A DNA stretch of 64,000 nucleotides from an uncultured Chloroflexia bacterium (GTDB lineage: Bacteria; Chloroflexota; Limnocylindria; Limnocylindrales; CSP1-4), in contig CAVZTK010000021.1 of NCBI GenBank assembly GCA_963778155.1, positions 351 through 64,350 on the forward strand. The letters are read 5' to 3'. The notes under the pieces were generated by a model. That model was not told where the DNA came from, ran no database searches, and saw only the letters and a list, made by a program, of their open reading frames with translations. Positions 39,350 to 46,845 of the stretch are shown piece by piece. The position numbers and the translations under genes are program-made. Numbering within the stretch: the first letter of the stretch is position 1; each line of letters opens with the position of its first letter.

Positions 39350-40699
39350 TTAGGCAGTTTCTGCGTACCGATCACCCGCGTAGGAGACGAACCTGGTCTG
39401 CGTCTTCTTGAACCACAGCTGGATCTCGCCGGTCGGTCCATTGCGGTGCTTGGCGAGCTTGAGGTTGACCACCTCGCCGTCCTGCGCCTGGTCGTCCTGA
39501 CCACGTTCCTTCTCGCGCCACAGGAACATGACGAGGTCGGCGTCCTGCTCGATGGCGCCCGACTCGCGCAGGTCCGACAGGCGCGGCTCCTTCGATTCGC
39601 GCATCTCCGGCTGGCGTGACAGCTGCGACAGCGCGATGACCGGCACCGACAGCTCGCGCGCAAGCGCCTTGAGGCCGCGCGAGATCTCGGACACCTCCTG
39701 GACGCGGTTGGCGTCACGGTTGGTGGTCGTCGCCTGCATCAGCTGGAGGTAGTCGACGATGACCAGGTCGAGCCCGGCCTCCGCCTGGAGCCGTCGAGCC
39801 TTCGTGCGCAGCTCCATGGCCGAGATGTTCGGGGTGTCGTCGATGTACATCGGGGCTTCCGAGAGCGCGTTCATCGCCGGGGCGATCCGGGCGAAGTCGA
39901 GCTCCTCGAGGAAACCCGAGCGGAGGCGCTGGGAGTCGATGTTGGCGACGCTCGAGAGCAGGCGCAGGACGAGCTGTTCCTTGCTCATCTCGAGGCTGAA
40001 CACGCCGACGCTCTTGCGCTCCTTGACCGCGGCGTGCTCGGCGATGTTGAGCGCGAAGCTCGTCTTGCCGACCGACGGCCGGGCCGCGACGACGACCAGG
40101 TCGCTCTTCTGAAGCCCGGTGGTCAGGGTGTCGAGGTCGGTGAAGCCGGTCCGCACGCCGCTGATCTCGCCGCGATGCGCGTGCAGATAGTCGAGGCGGT
40201 CGTAGGCGTCGTGGAGCAGCGACTTGAGCGGGCTGAACCCGGCATCGACGCGCTTCTGGCTGACCGCGAACAGCTCCGCCTCGGCCCGGTCGATCGCCTC
40301 GGTGACCTCGGCCGGGTCCTCGTAGCCGATGCCGGCGATCCGGCCGGCTGCGGCGATCAGGTTCCGCAGCACCGCCTTGCGCTCGACGATCCGGGCGTAC
40401 TGCGCGACATGGACCGCGGTCGGCGTCTCGTTCGACAGGCTCGACAGGTAGGCCCGGCCACCGATCGCCTCGAGCTCCTCCCGTCGTTCCAGCGACTCGG
40501 CGACGGTGACGATGTCGATCGGCTCGCGCCGCTCGAAGAGGTCGAGGACCGCGGCATAGATCCGGCCATTCGCCTGCCGGTAGAAGTCGGCCGGGCGCAG
40601 GAACTCGGCGACCTCGATGACGGCGTCCCGGTCGATGAGGATCGCCCCGAGCACCGATTGCTCGGCCTCAAGACTCTGCGGCGGTAGACGATCGATCAC
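39350..40699 (-). CDS. dnaB: Replicative DNA helicase DnaB
   Basis: Track ORF 39350..40699 (449 aa). Motifs: PPQSLEAEQSVLGAILID, Walker A ARPSVGKTSFALNIA, IVDYLQLM, SQLSRQPE, SDLRESGAIEQDADLVMFL. GGAG lies 10 nt upstream of the GTG. Confidence 0.95.
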   Translation of the reverse strand: MIDRLPPQSLEAEQSVLGAILIDRDAVIEVAEFLRPADFYRQANGRIYAAVLDLFERREPIDIVTVAESLERREELEAIGGRAYLSSLSNETPTAVHVAQYARIVERKAVLRNLIAAAGRIAGIGYEDPAEVTEAIDRAEAELFAVSQKRVDAGFSPLKSLLHDAYDRLDYLHAHRGEISGVRTGFTDLDTLTTGLQKSDLVVVAARPSVGKTSFALNIAEHAAVKERKSVGVFSLEMSKEQLVLRLLSSVANIDSQRLRSGFLEELDFARIAPAMNALSEAPMYIDDTPNISAMELRTKARRLQAEAGLDLVIVDYLQLMQATTTNRDANRVQEVSEISRGLKALARELSVPVIALSQLSRQPEMRESKEPRLSDLRESGAIEQDADLVMFLWREKERGQDDQAQDGEVVNLKLAKHRNGPTGEIQLWFKKTQTRFVSYAGDRYAETA

Positions 40700-40823
40700 G
40701 AGCGACTGACTCCGTCAAACGATCTGGGAGCCTGATAGTGCGGTCCCAACAGCCGCTGCCTGTCAACGAAGCAGGCCCGCCGGCCCGAGTCCGTCCACGA
40801 ACTTCGAGCCGACGTTCACGCGA

Positions 40824-40849
40824 TGTGGACATCCCAGTGGATATCCACG
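40824..40849. promoter_or_regulatory. DnaA-box-like cluster: TGTGGACAT plus the 12-bp palindrome GTGGATATCCAC, upstream of dnaB
   Basis: Read directly. On the dnaB strand these read ATGTCCACA and (A)TATCCAC on both strands, close to the TTGTCCACA / TTATCCACA consensus. Confidence 0.3.
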
Positions 40850-40852
40850 TTG

Positions 40853-40977
40853 TGTCGGGTCCCGAGAATCGGTTGCTCGGACGGTTCAGACGAAGGCGGG
40901 CGGCGAGCACGAGAGCGAGCGCACCCACGGTGCGTGAGCGAACGGCGGAACCGTCCAACGCACGGCTGGGCCGTCCC
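40853..40977 (-). repeat. Copy A of a dispersed intergenic element (core CGTGCGTTGGACGGYTCCGCC ... CCGATTCTCGGGACC), 5' of dnaB
   Basis: About 90 nt are near-identical to 46686-46775 in opposite orientation (GAGCACGAGAGCGAGCGCACCC..GGTGCGTGAGCGAACGGCGGARCCGTCCAACGCACG). It shares both ends with copy C. Confidence 0.75.
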
Positions 40978-40991
40978 AGCAACCGCCCTTA

Positions 40992-41642
40992 TCAGTCAAG
41001 GCGTCGGATGACACCGATCAATTTGCCTTGGATTCGCACGTCGTCATAGAACTGAGCCGGGTAGGCGTCGTTGGCCGGCTGGAGCCGGATCTGGTCCTTC
41101 TCCTTGAAGAACCGCTTGAGGGTGACCGCGTTCTCCTCGACCTGGGCGACCACGATGTCGCCGTTGCGGGCGGTCGTCTGCGGGCGGATGAGGACGAAGT
41201 CCCCGTCGGCGATGTGGGCCTCGATCATCGAGTCGCCGCGCACGCGCAGGACATAGGCATCGCCCCCGGGCGCGAGGACATCGGGGATCGCCATCGTCTC
41301 CGTCGCATCCTGGTAGGCCTCGATCGGTCCGCCGGCCGCGATCTCGCCGATGATCGGCAGGACCCGGGCATCGCCGGTGGTCGCCTGGGGAACGAGCTCG
41401 CTGGTCAGGCCGAGCCGGATCGCCGCGGTCGGGGTGAGCCGGATCGCGCGTGACTGGGCCGCGCCGCGCTCGAGATAGCCCTCCCGTTCCAGGATCTGGA
41501 GGTGGTGATGGACGGCCGAGGTGGACGCCAGCCCGACTGCGCGGGCGATCTCGCGGACCGACGGCGGATAGCCGCGGGCGCGCAGCGTCGCCGCGATGTA
41601 GTCCAGGATCTTGACCTTCCGTTCGGCGTCGTGCTTGGTCAC
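40992..41642 (-). CDS. lexA: LexA repressor (start reassigned to GTG 41642; the track ORF extends to 41933)
   Basis: AAGGAGG lies 5 nt upstream of the GTG. Sequence: VTKHDAERKVKILDYIAATLRARGYPPSVREIARAVGLASTSAVHHHLQILEREGYLER...LPIIGEIAAGGP...VLRVRGDSMIEAHIADGDFVLIRPQ...NGDIVVAQV...TLKRF. The promoter and SOS box lie just upstream. Confidence 0.9.
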   Translation of the reverse strand: MTKHDAERKVKILDYIAATLRARGYPPSVREIARAVGLASTSAVHHHLQILEREGYLERGAAQSRAIRLTPTAAIRLGLTSELVPQATTGDARVLPIIGEIAAGGPIEAYQDATETMAIPDVLAPGGDAYVLRVRGDSMIEAHIADGDFVLIRPQTTARNGDIVVAQVEENAVTLKRFFKEKDQIRLQPANDAYPAQFYDDVRIQGKLIGVIRRLD

Positions 41643-41661
41643 TCGCGCCTCCTTGAGGGTC

Positions 41662-41689
41662 ATCATAGCGAACAGACGTTCGATGTCAA
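41662..41689 (-). promoter_or_regulatory. lexA promoter TTGACA-16 nt-TATGAT, with the SOS (Cheo) box CGAACGTCTGTTCG filling the spacer
   Basis: The minus strand reads TTGACA tCGAACGTCTGTTCGc TATGAT. SOS box at 41669-41682, -35 at 41684-41689, -10 at 41662-41667. Confidence 0.75.
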
Positions 41690-41733
41690 GGTCAGGGACG
41701 TCGACCGCGACCGGCGCGCGTGCGTGAGGCTGG

Positions 41734-41739
41734 TAGACT
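41734..41739 (+). promoter_or_regulatory. Putative extended -10 TGGTAGACT for the DUF1232-rplI operon
   Basis: TGGTAGACT at 41731-41739. AGGAGG at 41758-41763 lies 9 nt before ATG 41773. Confidence 0.4.
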
Positions 41740-41772
41740 TCCACCTCCCCAGGCATCAGGAGGCGGCCACGC

Positions 41773-42285
41773 ATGGCGCGTGACACGAAGCGAAGCAAAC
41801 GGTCGAGAGGCGGCGTCGGGATCGGGCGCGCGCTGTCGCTGCTCGCCTTCCTGCCGATCGCCAGCCGCGTGCCGATGTACACCCGGCTCATCACCTCGCT
41901 GGTGATGGACGACCGGATGCCGACCAACCGCAAGGCGATGCTGGCCGGCGCCGCCGGCTACCTCGTCCTCGGGCGTGACCTGATCCCCGACGACTGGCCG
42001 ATCATCGGCGGCCTCGACGACCTCGTCGTCGTCGTGCTGGCCGCCGAGATGTTCCTCGATGGGGTGCCCGACGACCTGCTCGAGGAGAAGCTCGCCGAGC
42101 TCGGCATCGATCGCGCCGAATTCGATCGCGACGTCGCCCAGGTCCGGCGCTTGACGCCGGGTCCGGTCCGGCGGACCATCCGCCGCGGCGCCGACCTGGT
42201 CGGTGGCGTCGGCGACGCCATGAGACAGCTCGGTCTCGGGCCCCGGACGCGGGCCTGGATCAACAGGGAGGATCGCAACGCGTGA
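41773..42285 (+). CDS. DUF1232 (YkvA-like) membrane protein
   Basis: Track ORF 41773..42285. Hallmark sequence AAGYLVLGRDLIPDDWPIIGGLDDLVVVVLA. Strong SD. Confidence 0.8.
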   Translation: MARDTKRSKRSRGGVGIGRALSLLAFLPIASRVPMYTRLITSLVMDDRMPTNRKAMLAGAAGYLVLGRDLIPDDWPIIGGLDDLVVVVLAAEMFLDGVPDDLLEEKLAELGIDRAEFDRDVAQVRRLTPGPVRRTIRRGADLVGGVGDAMRQLGLGPRTRAWINREDRNA

Positions 42286-42728
42286 AGGTCATCCTGACGA
42301 AGGACGTGCCGAAGGTCGGCAAGAGCGGAGAGATGAAGCAGGTCGCCGACGGTTTCGCGACCAACTTCCTCATCCCCCAGAAGCTGGCCGTGCCCGCGGC
42401 CGGCGGCGCCTATCGAGCGTGGCAGCACGACATCGCCAGCCGCGAGGACAAGCGCAAGCGCGAGCGTGAGGACGCCGAGATCGCGGCCACCCGGATCGGC
42501 AGCACGACGCTGACGATGGGCGTCAAGGTCGGCGAGGGCGGCAAGCTGTACGGCTCGATCACTTCCAAGGACATCGCCGACGCGCTCGCCCGCCGCGGCA
42601 TCGAGGTGGACCGCCACAAGATCGATCTCGAGGAGCCGCTCAAGACGCTCGGCACCTACAAGGTGGCGATCAAGGTCTTCAGCGGGATGACCCCCGAGGT
42701 GACCATCATCGTGGAGCCCAAGGGCTAG
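42282..42728 (+). CDS. rplI: 50S ribosomal protein L9
   Basis: Track ORF 42282..42728: MKVILTKDVPKVGKSGEMKQVADGFATNFLIPQKLAV...GKLYGSITSKDIADAL. GGGAGGA lies 9 nt upstream of the GTG. GTGA overlap with the previous stop. Confidence 0.95.
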   Translation: MKVILTKDVPKVGKSGEMKQVADGFATNFLIPQKLAVPAAGGAYRAWQHDIASREDKRKREREDAEIAATRIGSTTLTMGVKVGEGGKLYGSITSKDIADALARRGIEVDRHKIDLEEPLKTLGTYKVAIKVFSGMTPEVTIIVEPKG

Positions 42729-42731
42729 ACG

Positions 42732-44795
42732 CTACGGCCCGACGAGCTTCCAGATCGTGACCCGGTCGTTCTGGTAGACCGTCTCGAACAGCGGACTCGA
42801 CGAGAAGTCGGTCCCATCGGCGCCGTTGCACGGATCGCCGCTCGAGAGCACATAGGTCGCGTTGTAGATCGCCATCTTGTCGGCTGCCACCTCCGGCCCG
42901 TCGCAGTAGATGGCCGTCGTGTCGGCGGCGCGCGGATCCGGGTCATAGCCGAGGTTGGCGGCGTACGGCCCGAACGTCGTGATCCGCAATCGCCCGGCGA
43001 GGTCGACCGGTGAGTTGATGTTCGGGTCGGTGATGAACACCGACCGCTCGGGCGTGTTCGCGGCGATCCACTGGGCGGCCTGTTCCTCGGGGATCCCGAG
43101 CGCGACGTCGGTCGACTCCATGTGCCACAGCCCGATCAGCAGCGGCGACAGTGCCGACACCAGGAGGATCGCCACGATCAGCGGTCTCGGCCAGCGGCGG
43201 ATCAGCCACGCGGCCAGGATGGCGACCGCGATCCACATGATCTGGAAGTACTTGTTCATGTCGAACTCGACCGCGCTGACGACGACGACGTTGGGGACGA
43301 TGAACAGCGCGACGACCCAGGCCACCAGGAACCAGCGGTTCGGCATCCTGTGGGCCGTGAAGCCGGCGATGACCGCCAGCACGAACGGGATCCCGAGGTT
43401 GGTCAGGTAGAAGAAGCCGACCGCGACCGGACCGTCGCCGAAGCGGGCCTCGCTCCAGCCGAGCACGAACCGGAACGCCCCGATGTCGCCCTGCTGGACG
43501 ATCGCGCCGACGATGAACGGCGCCGCGAGCACGATCGGGGCGAGGAACAGGATCGCGTCACGGACCACCGTCCGAGCGCGCCACGCGCCGGTGGTCGCGA
43601 CGTACAGGAACACGATCAGGTAGGTCGCCGGGAAGGCGAAGAACTGGAACGGCGCGAGCAGGGCGGCCAGGATGCCGGCCAGCAGGACGCCCAGCGGCCG
43701 CCGGCCGAGGCTGGCCGTGATCAGCAGCACGACGGTGACGAGCCCCGGTAAGCCGAAGGTCGTCGCGCGGTGCGGCAGGAACCCGGTCCCGAAGATCGAG
43801 GCGATCTTGAACCACGGCCAGCCGTCGATCCAGGTGTTGTCGTAGGACGTGTGGCTGACCAGGTCGACGATGTTGCCGCCGCCGGCGATGAGGTCGCCGA
43901 TCAATCGGATCCAGCCCATCCCGCCACCGAAGCAGACGAGGACCGTCGCGATCGCGGCGACGCGTCGGCTGTTCGTCAGCTGGATCGACAGCCCCCAGGT
44001 CACCAGGGCGAGGACCCCCGCGAAGACCGCGCTCGACAGGAAGTAGACGGGGATGAGATCGATGCCGGAGACCGTGGCGGTGATGGCCCCGTCGAAGTCG
44101 GCGAACCAGTGGTACGTCAGCGGCTCGCCCGCGAAATAGGGGACCTGCGGCGGGAAGTTCCCAGCGGCGATGCTCGCGCCGATCGAGACGTGGACGAGGA
44201 AGTCGCTCCAGTTCCAGCCGCCGCTGACCCAGCCGTTCGGTGTCTCGTGCCAGCCGTTGCTGAAGAGCACGACGCCGACGATCACCCCGACCGCGATAGC
44301 CAGGTACCAGGCGAGCCCGTCGTCCCAGATGGCCACGACGAGCTCGTCGCGGGACGGCCGGCGGAGAGGCGCCAGCCAGCGATGGCGGAGCTGGGCGATG
44401 ACGAGCGTCGCGACCGCGAGCAGGACCGCGCTGACGATGATCGCTTCGCGTCCGAACCCGCCGACCCGGGCGACGACGTTGACCAGGTGGGCCGAGACGT
44501 ACGTGCTCGTCACGATCGCCGCCCCGACCGCGCCCGGCCTCCCGAGGGTCGGGATCACCCGCCGGATCACGACCCAGCCCGGGACGAAGAACAGGATCGG
44601 CCAGACGAGGACGACGGCGCTCAGGGGCAGCGCCCAGACGACGACCGCCCCGATGCCGATGGCGGCGAGGATCGCGAGGTTGCGGACGAGCGACGGCGGT
44701 CCGCTCCTCCCCTCCGCGTCGAGGGCGGCCGGGGACTGCTCCGCGGCGTCGGGCGTGACGGGCTCGGCACCGCCGAAGCGGGCAGGGGGTTCCAC
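42732..44795 (-). CDS. Large polytopic membrane protein with a C-terminal extracytoplasmic domain (GT-C-like; family not firmly recognised), 687 aa
   Basis: GTG 44795 lies within track ORF 42732..46028; the upstream part of that ORF is antisense to dinB. There are many TM segments. Motif: WSDFLVHVSIGASIAAGNFPPQVPYFAGEPLTYHWFADF. The C-terminal soluble part ends PLFETVYQNDRVTIWKLVGP. Confidence 0.6.
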   Translation of the reverse strand: MEPPARFGGAEPVTPDAAEQSPAALDAEGRSGPPSLVRNLAILAAIGIGAVVVWALPLSAVVLVWPILFFVPGWVVIRRVIPTLGRPGAVGAAIVTSTYVSAHLVNVVARVGGFGREAIIVSAVLLAVATLVIAQLRHRWLAPLRRPSRDELVVAIWDDGLAWYLAIAVGVIVGVVLFSNGWHETPNGWVSGGWNWSDFLVHVSIGASIAAGNFPPQVPYFAGEPLTYHWFADFDGAITATVSGIDLIPVYFLSSAVFAGVLALVTWGLSIQLTNSRRVAAIATVLVCFGGGMGWIRLIGDLIAGGGNIVDLVSHTSYDNTWIDGWPWFKIASIFGTGFLPHRATTFGLPGLVTVVLLITASLGRRPLGVLLAGILAALLAPFQFFAFPATYLIVFLYVATTGAWRARTVVRDAILFLAPIVLAAPFIVGAIVQQGDIGAFRFVLGWSEARFGDGPVAVGFFYLTNLGIPFVLAVIAGFTAHRMPNRWFLVAWVVALFIVPNVVVVSAVEFDMNKYFQIMWIAVAILAAWLIRRWPRPLIVAILLVSALSPLLIGLWHMESTDVALGIPEEQAAQWIAANTPERSVFITDPNINSPVDLAGRLRITTFGPYAANLGYDPDPRAADTTAIYCDGPEVAADKMAIYNATYVLSSGDPCNGADGTDFSSSPLFETVYQNDRVTIWKLVGP

Positions 44796-44804
44796 AGCGG
44801 GACG

Positions 44805-46133
44805 ATGATAGCGACGATGGCCGCGCGAACGATCCTCCACGTCGACCTCGATGCCTTCTTCGCCGCCGTCGAGCAGCGCGACCGGCCGGAGCTGCGCGGC
44901 CGGCCGGTCGTCGTCGGCGGTGGTGGGGGCGAGGATTCCCGCGGCGTCGTCTCGGCCGCGAGCTACGAGGCCCGCGTGTTCGGGATCCACTCGGCGATGT
45001 CGCTGCGCGAGGCGTACCGGCGCTGTCCGGACGCCGTGTTCCTGCCGGTGGACGGCCGGCGTTACCAGGCCGCCAGTCGCGACGTGATGGCGATCCTCCG
45101 CCGCTATACCCCGCAGGTCGAGCCGATCTCCATCGATGAGGCGTTCCTCGACGTGACGGGCTCGTTCGCGCTGTTCGGCGACGGCCCGGCGATCGCGCGG
45201 CGGATCAAGGACGACGTCCGGGCGGAGGTCGGGCTCACCGCGTCGGTCGGTGTCGCCGGCACCAAGCTCGTCGCCAAGGTCGCGTCCGACCTGCGCAAGC
45301 CCGACGGGCTGGTCGTCGTGCCGGTCGGTGACGAGGCGGCCTTCCTCGCACCGCTGCCGATCGGCCGGCTGTGGGGCGTCGGCGACAAGACGGCCGTCGC
45401 CCTGCGCGAGTACAGCGTCCGGACGATCGGCGATCTCGCCGCCCTCCCGCCGGACCTGCTCGTCCGCCGCTTCGGCAAGCACGGGGCGTCGCTGGTGGAT
45501 CGTGCCCGCGGGATCGATCCCGACCCCGTGCATGACGGCGATCCGGCGAAGTCGGTCGGACACGAGCACACGTTCGAGGTGGACACCAGCGATCCCGAGG
45601 TGATCGAGCGGACGCTCCTGGCGATGTCCGACGGCGTGGCGGGGCGGCTGCGCTCGGCCGGCGTCCGGGCCGGGACGGTCGCGGTCAAGATCCGGGACAG
45701 CGGGTTCCGGACGATCACCCGCCAGCGGACGCTGGCCGAGCCGACCGACCTGACCGGGCCGATCTACGCGACCGCGCTCGAGCTGGCACGCCCTGAGATC
45801 CGTGGCATGCGAGTCCGTTTGCTGGGGGTGACGGCGTCGAACCTTGGCGAGCGCGAGCAGCTCTCGCTGTTCGAGTCGGGGGAGCCTCGCCATCGCCGCG
45901 CGATCGAGGCCGCCGATGCGCTCCGGCGGCGGTACGGCGAACGGGCGGTGACCCGCGCCCGCCTGCTCGGGGCGGGGCTGCCGGCACCATTCGAGCGCGA
46001 CCCGCGGAACCCGCTCGACCGGCGGCACGCGGCCTCCCGCCGGAGACCGACGCGGCAGCTACCGCGGATGGCCGGCGATCGTGACAGCCAAGCTGACACG
46101 ACGCTCGACGACATTCCGCCCGACGAGGGTTGA
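44805..46133 (+). CDS. dinB: DNA polymerase IV (Y-family); alternative start ATG 44817
   Basis: In-frame ATG within track ORF 43770..46133. Motifs: ILHVDLDAFFAAVEQRDRPELRGRPVVVGG, SYEARVFGIHSAMS, EPISIDEAFLDVTG, ASVGVAGTKLVAKVASDLRKPDG, LPIGRLWGVGDKT. Confidence 0.9.
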   Translation: MIATMAARTILHVDLDAFFAAVEQRDRPELRGRPVVVGGGGGEDSRGVVSAASYEARVFGIHSAMSLREAYRRCPDAVFLPVDGRRYQAASRDVMAILRRYTPQVEPISIDEAFLDVTGSFALFGDGPAIARRIKDDVRAEVGLTASVGVAGTKLVAKVASDLRKPDGLVVVPVGDEAAFLAPLPIGRLWGVGDKTAVALREYSVRTIGDLAALPPDLLVRRFGKHGASLVDRARGIDPDPVHDGDPAKSVGHEHTFEVDTSDPEVIERTLLAMSDGVAGRLRSAGVRAGTVAVKIRDSGFRTITRQRTLAEPTDLTGPIYATALELARPEIRGMRVRLLGVTASNLGEREQLSLFESGEPRHRRAIEAADALRRRYGERAVTRARLLGAGLPAPFERDPRNPLDRRHAASRRRPTRQLPRMAGDRDSQADTTLDDIPPDEG

Positions 46134-46184
46134 CATCGAACACCTGTTCGGTCTACCTTCAGGTCATAACCGAACAGACGTTCT
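46130..46184 (+). promoter_or_regulatory. SOS-regulated promoter: TTGACA, SOS box 1 CGAACACCTGTTCG in the spacer, TACCTT, then SOS box 2 CGAACAGACGTTCT
   Basis: The -35 (46130-46135) overlaps the dinB stop. Box 1 at 46137-46150, candidate -10 at 46154-46159, box 2 at 46171-46184. Box 2 is nearly identical to the lexA box. Confidence 0.7.
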
Positions 46185-46245
46185 GTCGGACGAGTGCCCC
46201 GGACGACAACGACCCAGCGAGCGAGCCCCCGGAAAGGATCGTCAG

Positions 46246-46683
46246 ATGGCATTCATCCGAGTCGAACCGGTCGAGGTCCAGGTGCGGACCGACTGGTTCA
46301 GCGGTCGCCCGACCGAGATCACCTGGGGCGACGAGCGTCTCAGCATCACCCGACTCGCCGCGGTCCGCGAGGAGGCGGCGGCATACCCGGTCATCAGCGG
46401 CCCGCGGACGTTGTTCGAGGTGGACACGCCCCGCGCGCGCCTGTCGCTGACATTCACGCATCGCTCGCGGCGCTGGACGGTCACCGGCCTGGACGACGAG
46501 GTCCGCCGCCGAGGGCTGCCTAGGCAGCCGACTGAAAATCGGCGCTCCGGAACCTGGGGGTCGCGGAGCGCCGGCCCCGGGTGGCAGGCCCTCCCCTTGG
46601 CCGCCCGAGTCGTGGGTCTCGGGGCGGGCGCGCCGGTACCGCGCCCGCCCCGGCTCCGACCGATCGACGTCGTGGACGGCTGA
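46246..46683 (+). CDS. Small SOS-box-controlled protein of unknown function; about 95 aa look coding and the C-terminal Arg/Pro/Gly tail is doubtful
   Basis: Track ORF 46246..46683. GGAAAGGA lies 7 nt upstream of the ATG. Sequence: MAFIRVEPVEVQVRTDWFSGRPTEITWGDERLSITRLAAVREEAAAYPVISGPRTLFEVDTPRARLSLTFTHRSRRWTVTGLDDE, with high GC3. Codon bias drops after about 46520. Confidence 0.55.
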   Translation: MAFIRVEPVEVQVRTDWFSGRPTEITWGDERLSITRLAAVREEAAAYPVISGPRTLFEVDTPRARLSLTFTHRSRRWTVTGLDDEVRRRGLPRQPTENRRSGTWGSRSAGPGWQALPLAARVVGLGAGAPVPRPPRLRPIDVVDG

Positions 46684-46795
46684 TGCGTGCGTTGGACGGC
46701 TCCGCCGTTCGCTCACGCACCTCGGGTGCGCTCGCTCTCGTGCTCACCGTCCGCCTTCGCCTCAGCCGCCCACGCCGCCGATCGTGGTTGGCACG
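46669..46795 (+). repeat. Copy B of the dispersed intergenic element, 5' of the cyclodeaminase-folD-fhs operon
   Basis: GTCGTGGACGGCTGATGCGTGCGTTGGACGGCTCCGCC matches copy C (reverse strand) almost base for base. The next ~70 nt match copy A. Confidence 0.75.
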
Positions 46796-46833
46796 TGCCT
46801 GATGACCTCGTCACCAGAACTGAGTCGCAACCG

Positions 46834-46839
46834 TACAAT
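46834..46839 (+). promoter_or_regulatory. Putative -10 hexamer TACAAT, 6 nt upstream of GTG 46846 (leaderless-type)
   Basis: TACAAT cggtgc GTG read directly. Confidence 0.4.
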
Positions 46840-46845
46840 CGGTGC

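Noticed and set aside
40700-40991. Replication origin in the dnaB leader
   Set aside because: Only about three DnaA-box-like sites are present. There is no AT-rich unwinding element and no dnaA/dnaN nearby.
44700-44805. SOS box upstream of dinB itself
   Set aside because: No GAAC-N4-GTTC motif is present in the short region before dinB. The two boxes lie downstream of it and serve the next ORF.
46684-46845. ZTP (pfl) or THF riboswitch upstream of the cyclodeaminase-folD-fhs operon
   Set aside because: Gene context would fit. However, I could not find the conserved ZTP core (GGGUCGUGACUGGCG ... CCGCCUGGGC) or THF-riboswitch features, and the same sequence also precedes dnaB.
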